The notes beneath the pieces were generated by a model that saw nothing but the letters and a program-made list of their open reading frames with translations, ran no database searches and was not told the origin of the DNA. A program made the position numbers and the translations under genes. A DNA stretch of 64,000 nt from positions 1 through 64,000 of the IMG/VR virus record IMGVR_UViG_3300019776_000461. One strand, given 5' to 3'. This DNA is from a virus. Of this stretch, positions 58,613 to 64,000 are shown piece by piece (positions within the stretch are counted from its first letter, which is position 1; each line of letters starts with the position of its first letter).

Positions 58613-59698
58613 ATGAAAATTGATATTGAAAGTTTTGGAAAATTTATAAATGCTGACCCACTTGAAATTCGTTTGTGGAAAGAAACAGATGAATTTTTTA
58701 GTGACAAGCGTACGTTAGATGATACAATAGATTGTGTTTTTCAGTATTACCGTAAACATGGTTATCCATATATGAGTATTACTGATGAAGAAAAACATGA
58801 ACACATGAAGAAACTTCAAAAATATGACTACGATAAACTGTTTAAGAATAATGATATTATTCAAACAATGCATGGACTTCGCTTGGCTTGGTCTTATTTT
58901 CCACATGGAATGGAAGTGAAATGTGGTAATTCTAAAATGTCTCCTATGGATAATTTTTTGAATGACCATACATTTAAGATGACAATACGTAAGTGCTTGA
59001 AATGGTTATATAAGCACACGGGCAATGGAAGTTGGCAAGAAAACCGTTTACGTCAATCATTAAAAATATATTCTGGTGTTCAAGGTGTTTCAAACTTTAG
59101 ACCAACTGCTGCAGGTGCTATATATAAAAGATTTGGTGGCAATGGTGTAATGTGGGATATGTCATGTGGTTGGGGTGGTAGATTAGTTGGTGCATTAGCA
59201 TCACCGTATATCGAAACATATATTGGAACAGAACCATCAACGAAAACATTTGAAGGACTTTGTAAACTACGTGATGATTTCTCGTATCTTGGTAAAGATA
59301 TTCAACTACACATGATGGGTTCAGAAGATTTTATTCCAGAGAAAGAAAGTTTAGATTTGTGTTTTACTTCACCACCATATTTCGATACAGAAAAATATGC
59401 AGATGAAGAAACTCAATCGTATAACAAGTTTCCAACTCGTGATACTTGGGGTTCTGGCTTTCTTTTTGGAACATTTAAGAATTGTTTCCATGGGTTGAAG
59501 CCAGGTGGTTATATGTTAATAAACATTGCTAATACACCGAAGTATAAAGACTTAGAAGAAATGACAATTCATTATGCAAAAGAAGCTGGATTTATTGAAG
59601 AAAATACTATAAATCTTATTCTTTCTTCTGTAATGGGTGCTGGTTATAAAAGAGAACCTATTTTTATATTTCGGAAGCCGTTGGTAGATAAGGAATAA
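58613..59698 (+). CDS. Amino DNA methyltransferase-like protein, copy 3
   Basis: WDMSCGWGGR, GTEP, FTSPPYFDTE; start ATG 58613. Confidence 0.8.
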   Translation: MKIDIESFGKFINADPLEIRLWKETDEFFSDKRTLDDTIDCVFQYYRKHGYPYMSITDEEKHEHMKKLQKYDYDKLFKNNDIIQTMHGLRLAWSYFPHGMEVKCGNSKMSPMDNFLNDHTFKMTIRKCLKWLYKHTGNGSWQENRLRQSLKIYSGVQGVSNFRPTAAGAIYKRFGGNGVMWDMSCGWGGRLVGALASPYIETYIGTEPSTKTFEGLCKLRDDFSYLGKDIQLHMMGSEDFIPEKESLDLCFTSPPYFDTEKYADEETQSYNKFPTRDTWGSGFLFGTFKNCFHGLKPGGYMLINIANTPKYKDLEEMTIHYAKEAGFIEENTINLILSSVMGAGYKREPIFIFRKPLVDKE

Positions 59699-59703
59699 GT
59701 TCG

Positions 59704-59711
59704 TATATTTG
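59704..59711 (+). promoter_or_regulatory. Bacteroidota-type -7 promoter element (TATATTTG)
   Basis: TTG about 20 nt upstream; precedes the clamp loader. Confidence 0.6.
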
Positions 59712-59743
59712 TAGAAATTAATTATTAAAAATATAGGTTATGT

Positions 59744-60688
59744 ATGTTTAACACATCTCATACAATTTGGAACGAGAAGTATCGTCCCGAAACACTTGAA
59801 ACTTACGTTGGGAATCCAACAGTTAAAGAAACTTTTCAACAATATATTAAAACAAATGATGTACCGCACTTACTTTTACATGGTGATGCTGGTAGCGGTA
59901 AAACAACTCTTGCTAAAATTGTTGCTAACACCATCGCAAAAGATAACTACATTTATATCAACGCATCAGATGAAAACTCAGTAGATACTGTTCGTGATAA
60001 GATTAAACAGTTTGCTTCTTCAATTGGATTTGGTGGATTAAAACTTATTATTCTTGATGAGTGTGATTACATGACACCGAATGCACAAGCAGCGTTACGG
60101 AATGTTATTGAAACATTTAGTAAAACTACTCGTTTCATTTTAACTTGCAACTATGTTGAAAAGATTATTGACCCGATTCAATCTCGTTGTCAGATATTTA
60201 ACATAGTACCACCATCGAAGAAAGAAGTTGCACAACACCTCGTAAATATTTTGGAGAGCGAGAAAGTTACATACAACAAAGAACATCTTGTTAGTATTAT
60301 CAATTCAAACTATCCTGATATTCGTAGAGTTATTAATACAACTCAACGATGCGTAATCGATGGTAAACTGAAATTAGATGAATCAACATTAGTGGAAACT
60401 AACTACTTTTCAACTATTGTTGATTTATTGAAATCAGATAAAAACAAAAGAGAGAAGTTTGAAGGTATTCGTCAGATACTTGCAGACAATCATGCGAGAG
60501 ATTTTAATCAACTGTTTCGTTATCTCTATGATAATGTAGATAGTTACGCAAGCGGTTTCGTATCAACTATTATTTTAATCATTGCAGAAACACAATATAA
60601 AGATAGTTTTGTGGTTGACCACGAAATAAATGCAATGGCAATGTTTATTCAAATTATTATGGAAATTGAACAAAGGAGGAAAGGATGA
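59744..60688 (+). CDS. Clamp loader AAA+ subunit (gp44 / RFC-small-like)
   Basis: WNEKYRP, GDAGSGKTT, NASDE, ILDECD, SRC. Confidence 0.92.
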   Translation: MFNTSHTIWNEKYRPETLETYVGNPTVKETFQQYIKTNDVPHLLLHGDAGSGKTTLAKIVANTIAKDNYIYINASDENSVDTVRDKIKQFASSIGFGGLKLIILDECDYMTPNAQAALRNVIETFSKTTRFILTCNYVEKIIDPIQSRCQIFNIVPPSKKEVAQHLVNILESEKVTYNKEHLVSIINSNYPDIRRVINTTQRCVIDGKLKLDESTLVETNYFSTIVDLLKSDKNKREKFEGIRQILADNHARDFNQLFRYLYDNVDSYASGFVSTIILIIAETQYKDSFVVDHEINAMAMFIQIIMEIEQRRKG

Positions 60689-60954
60689 GTGTATTTGATA
60701 TTAATGGAGGTGGGCAACCATCAGGACAAGAACCACAGAGAGTTAATGTTGACTTGAATCAAGCAAGTGATATTGTTTGTTCAAATTGTGGCGGAAAGTT
60801 TTTTCATGAAGTAACATTCTTCAAAAAGATTTCTGCACTACTTTCTCCAACAGGACAAGAAGGAATTATTCCAATTCCAACTTACGCTTGCCTTGAGTGT
60901 GGAAATATTAATGAAGAGTTTTTACCAACAAGAAGACAACAACTAAACGGTTAA
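60685..60954 (+). CDS. Small zinc-ribbon protein
   Basis: CSNCG ... CLECG. Confidence 0.7.
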   Translation: MSVFDINGGGQPSGQEPQRVNVDLNQASDIVCSNCGGKFFHEVTFFKKISALLSPTGQEGIIPIPTYACLECGNINEEFLPTRRQQLNG

Positions 60955-60967
60955 TAGGATTTTAATA

Positions 60968-61423
60968 ATGGCTGCTAAGAATATATTCGACCACTTAAAA
61001 GGTGTTACACTTCGTAAAACCAAGTGGGAATCCTTATCTGAAGAAGATAAGAAGAGTTGGAACAATTATATGATTTCACGTTTCTTCTCTATGGAGATGG
61101 AACTAACGGACGTAATAAATGAGTTTCAGAAATACTCAAATGGAATATTATCATCGGAGGATTATTATAAACTATTATCGGACGCCTTACCAAAACATTC
61201 GTTCTTTCTAAAGTATGTTAAAGCTAAGAACAGAGTTGACATAGATGCAGAACTAATTACTTTATTTTGTAATCATTTCCAACTTGGAAAGAACGAAGTG
61301 TTTGAGTATATTCGTTTTCTTAAAAGAGAAAACCCAATTGAACTAACTAACATTTTGAAAAAGTACGGCACAAAAGAAGATGTAATAAAAGATTTTGAAA
61401 AGAAACTGAAGACAATTAAATGA
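60968..61423 (+). CDS. Clamp loader small subunit (gp62-like)
   Basis: YMISRFFSM...FLKYVK; position after the gp44-like gene. Confidence 0.55.
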   Translation: MAAKNIFDHLKGVTLRKTKWESLSEEDKKSWNNYMISRFFSMEMELTDVINEFQKYSNGILSSEDYYKLLSDALPKHSFFLKYVKAKNRVDIDAELITLFCNHFQLGKNEVFEYIRFLKRENPIELTNILKKYGTKEDVIKDFEKKLKTIK

Positions 61424-61803
61424 GGAATAAAATGGCTATTAAAGAAATAGATTTAGGGCGGAAACAAAATGGGGCTGTATCTGAAATTGAAGAGAAGTTT
61501 CCTAATATGACCAAGGAGTTCAAACGTATTCAACAAGAACAGTATGAACTCTTCTGTGCAAAGCAAAAGAACTATGGCCCAGATAATATTTCCATGGGAA
61601 GTAATCTCGAACGAGAAGACGATCGTAAACTTTCTTTGCAGGGTTTATTCTTTCGTATTAACGATAAGATAAACAGATACAAACAAATGATTATGTTTGG
61701 TTCACAAGACGCAGTTGGTGAATCTCTAAATGATACATTCAAAGATATTTCTGTTTATGGAATTATCGCACAACTTGTTCAATCTGGTAAATGGGGGAAA
61801 TAA
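61420..61803 (+). CDS. DUF1599 / nucleotide-modification-associated domain 1-like protein
   Basis: LF..KQ.NYG..N, RI.DK..R, ES..DT..D...Y.II. Confidence 0.7.
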   Translation: MRNKMAIKEIDLGRKQNGAVSEIEEKFPNMTKEFKRIQQEQYELFCAKQKNYGPDNISMGSNLEREDDRKLSLQGLFFRINDKINRYKQMIMFGSQDAVGESLNDTFKDISVYGIIAQLVQSGKWGK

Positions 61804-62960
61804 TGAGTATATATATTTGGACTTCGGAATATGTAAGTGAAGGTCATCCTGATAAAATAGCTGACCAAATTTCAGATGCAGTTCTTGATTGGTACTTACA
61901 AAGAGACCCAGATGCAAAGGTTGCGTGTGAGGTTATGGTAAAGGATAGTGATATTTATGTTTCTGGTGAAATAAAATCAACGGTTGATAAAGATAAAAGA
62001 ACTTTAGAATTATCACTAACTCGATTAATTAGAGGACTTATAAAAGATATTGGATACACAAAAGAAGAATCCCCTTTCTTTAATTCAGACTATTGCCGTA
62101 TTCATTTCAATATATCAACTCAATCATCAGAGATTAATCAAGCAGTTGATAAAGGAGATGTTGTTACAGCAGGAGACCAAGGTATTATGTTTGGTTATGC
62201 AACTCGTGAAACTCCAACGTATATGCCGGTAGCAATTTACTTAGCTAAAAAACTAATTGAAGTTGCAACGGATATTAGAAAGAAAGGTAGTAAACTTGGA
62301 CATGTACAAAAACTTCGTCCTGATATGAAGAGTCAGGTGTCTGTTGCGTATAGTGGTAATGAAGCAGTTGGTATTCATTCTGTTGTATTTTCAACTTGTC
62401 ATTCTGAGTTGATTTCACTTGAAGAACTTAGAAAGTATTTCCACTCTGATATTTTACCAAAGGTATTAGAAAGTATTCCAGAAGAACTTGCTAAACTGTT
62501 TACAGATAAAACTGTTTACCATATAAATCCTGCTGGTGAATGGAACATAGGTGGTCCAGTTTCTGATTGTGGATTAACTGGTAGAAAGATTGTGGTTGAC
62601 CAATATGGTGCTGATTGTGAAATTGGTGGCGGTGCTTTCTCAGGCAAAGACCCAAGTAAAGTTGATAGAAGTGCAGCATATATGGCTCGTCATATTGCCT
62701 TAAAAACACTTCATGAAAATGAAGAAGCAAATAAAATTAAAGTTCAATTAGCATATGTAATCGGTGAAGAGTTTCCTGTTTCATATCGTATATTTGACCC
62801 AACAACTGGAAAAGAATATGGACTTGGTAAATTTAGTTTCAATGATTTAACCCCAAATAAAATCATTGAAAGATTAAAATTAAAAACTCCTATTTATTTA
62901 CAGACTGCTAAGTACGGTCATTTTGGAAATAAAGATTTAGAATGGGAGAAAATTGGATGA
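61803..62960 (+). CDS. metK: S-adenosylmethionine synthetase
   Basis: TSE.VSEGHPDK, AGDQGIMFGYA, DCGLTGRKI, GGGAFSGKD..KVDRS, YGHFG. Confidence 0.95.
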   Translation: MSIYIWTSEYVSEGHPDKIADQISDAVLDWYLQRDPDAKVACEVMVKDSDIYVSGEIKSTVDKDKRTLELSLTRLIRGLIKDIGYTKEESPFFNSDYCRIHFNISTQSSEINQAVDKGDVVTAGDQGIMFGYATRETPTYMPVAIYLAKKLIEVATDIRKKGSKLGHVQKLRPDMKSQVSVAYSGNEAVGIHSVVFSTCHSELISLEELRKYFHSDILPKVLESIPEELAKLFTDKTVYHINPAGEWNIGGPVSDCGLTGRKIVVDQYGADCEIGGGAFSGKDPSKVDRSAAYMARHIALKTLHENEEANKIKVQLAYVIGEEFPVSYRIFDPTTGKEYGLGKFSFNDLTPNKIIERLKLKTPIYLQTAKYGHFGNKDLEWEKIG

Positions 62961-63448
62961 AACTAAAAGACTTGATAATGGAAGCGTTTACTCTTAACGG
63001 TAGAGTTATGTTATATCACTTTTCAAAAGAAGATTTAGGAAATGTAGCGATTCTCGATCCAGCATTATCAAGTCAACGTCCATCCTCTTGGTCACGTAAC
63101 GATTATAAACTATCTAAAGTACCAAGAGTATTTTACTATACAGACTTAAATAAAATTGAGCGTATGGTTAAAAGTCATAATTTATATGCAGCAGAATATG
63201 ATGGTACTAGAATATTAAATGTACCGCAGGTATTGAAGGAGTATCAAACAAATCCAGATTCACTTGCTATCAAAAATCCAAACGCTTTCAAGATAATGCA
63301 ATCGTCCGTAAACCAATATGGTGCAATAGATTATGATGCAATGTTAAGAGCAGCAGGACAATTCTTTGATGGTGTATTCTACGATACTGGTAACTTACCA
63401 ATTGTCAATTTATTTGTACCATTAAGAGCAAAAAAACAAAATGTCTGA
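62957..63448 (+). CDS. Hypothetical protein with MKLKDLIME leader, weak ADP-ribosyltransferase-like pattern
   Basis: LYHFS...RVFYY...LY...FDGVFY; CTATTTAT at 62890 inside metK. Confidence 0.5.
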   Translation: MKLKDLIMEAFTLNGRVMLYHFSKEDLGNVAILDPALSSQRPSSWSRNDYKLSKVPRVFYYTDLNKIERMVKSHNLYAAEYDGTRILNVPQVLKEYQTNPDSLAIKNPNAFKIMQSSVNQYGAIDYDAMLRAAGQFFDGVFYDTGNLPIVNLFVPLRAKKQNV

Positions 63449-64000
63449 TAAAAAAATATCCTTTTCACAATATCAAATGTGGAAGGGTTGCCCACACAGA
63501 TGGAAACTTGTTTACAAAGATAAGGTTGGAATTTTTTCTCCAAACATAGCAATGTTGTTTGGAACGGTAATGCATGAAGTTCTACAAGAATATGTAAAGA
63601 CTATATATGAAAAATCAATCAATGAGGCTAACGCTTTAGAATTAGATACTATGCTTCAGAATGGTTTGAAAGAACATTATAAGAAATTACTTACAGAAGC
63701 AAATGGTGTTCACTTCTCGAATCAAAATGAACTTGCTGAGTATTGTAATGACGGTATTGAGATTCTCAAATGGTTCAAAGCTCATAGAGCAGACTTCTTC
63801 TTAAAGAAAGATTATGAGTTGGTTGGAATAGAATTACCAATTAATATAATTCCACTCGAAACGCATTCAAGTGTAAGACTTGTTGGGTTTTTGGATTTGG
63901 TTATAAAGAATACAAAAACAGATGAGATTTATATTTACGATTTCAAAACAAGCACAGGTGGATGGGGTAAGTATCATAAAAATGATAGAACAAAAGTATC
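63441..64000 (+). CDS. PD-(D/E)XK / RecB-like nuclease (3'-truncated by the window)
   Basis: Manual translation: ISFSQY..W..CPHRW.L.Y, FGT.MHE.LQ, E...GFLDL...IYDFKTS. Confidence 0.8.
   Translation, partial: MSDKKISFSQYQMWKGCPHRWKLVYKDKVGIFSPNIAMLFGTVMHEVLQEYVKTIYEKSINEANALELDTMLQNGLKEHYKKLLTEANGVHFSNQNELAEYCNDGIEILKWFKAHRADFFLKKDYELVGIELPINIIPLETHSSVRLVGFLDLVIKNTKTDEIYIYDFKTSTGGWGKYHKNDRTKV

Noticed and set aside
687-62730. The many minus-strand and short nested plus-strand ORFs in the ORF track
   Set aside because: They overlap well-supported + strand genes, lack recognisable motifs or RBSs, and are expected shadows of codon bias.
1-64000. Stop-codon reassignment, as seen in some large phages
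   Set aside because: Core genes are full length in code 11, and TAG, TGA and TAA all end genes at the expected C-termini (capsid TAG, nrdJ TAG, chaperone TGA).
1-64000. tRNA or other structured ncRNA genes
   Set aside because: Intergenic gaps are short and explained by terminators and promoters. No cloverleaf or T-loop consensus was seen by eye. A covariance-model scan was not possible.

Overview
A 64-kb AT-rich segment of a large T4-like myophage genome. Every credible gene is on the + strand and reads in standard code 11. I saw no tRNA, CRISPR array, integrase, intron or intein. The left half (1-30.6 kb) is the virion module: major capsid protein, putative internal head proteins, holin-like protein, PhoH, neck proteins, tail sheath and tube, tail chaperone pair, tape measure, a 2599-aa repeat-rich baseplate protein, a LysM wedge protein and the hub. 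The right half covers replication and nucleotide metabolism: a minimal family A polymerase, SSB, RecA/UvsX, 5'-3' exonuclease, DnaB-like helicase, class II RNR, thioredoxin, dUTPase, family B polymerase, sliding clamp and clamp loader. Two promoter classes recur: ATATTTAT (late) and Bacteroidota-type TAnnTTTG. The strongest candidate for a new system is a base-modification operon at 47.3-51.2 kb. It pairs a thymidylate-synthase-fold enzyme (cytosine-specifying Asp, folate-binding Asp changed to Arg) with an AsnB-like amidoligase and a PLP fold-II enzyme. Three SPPY methyltransferases, a DUF1599 protein and a SAM synthetase lie among the replisome genes downstream. Other highlights: about 12 unrelated proteins share a Glu-terminated capsid-targeting-like leader; an uncalled FeoA gene; a probable +1 tail-chaperone frameshift; a small membrane gene bracketed by 18-bp inverted repeats; and an in-frame 85-codon module flanked by direct repeats. 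All calls come from motif recognition by eye, with no database searches.
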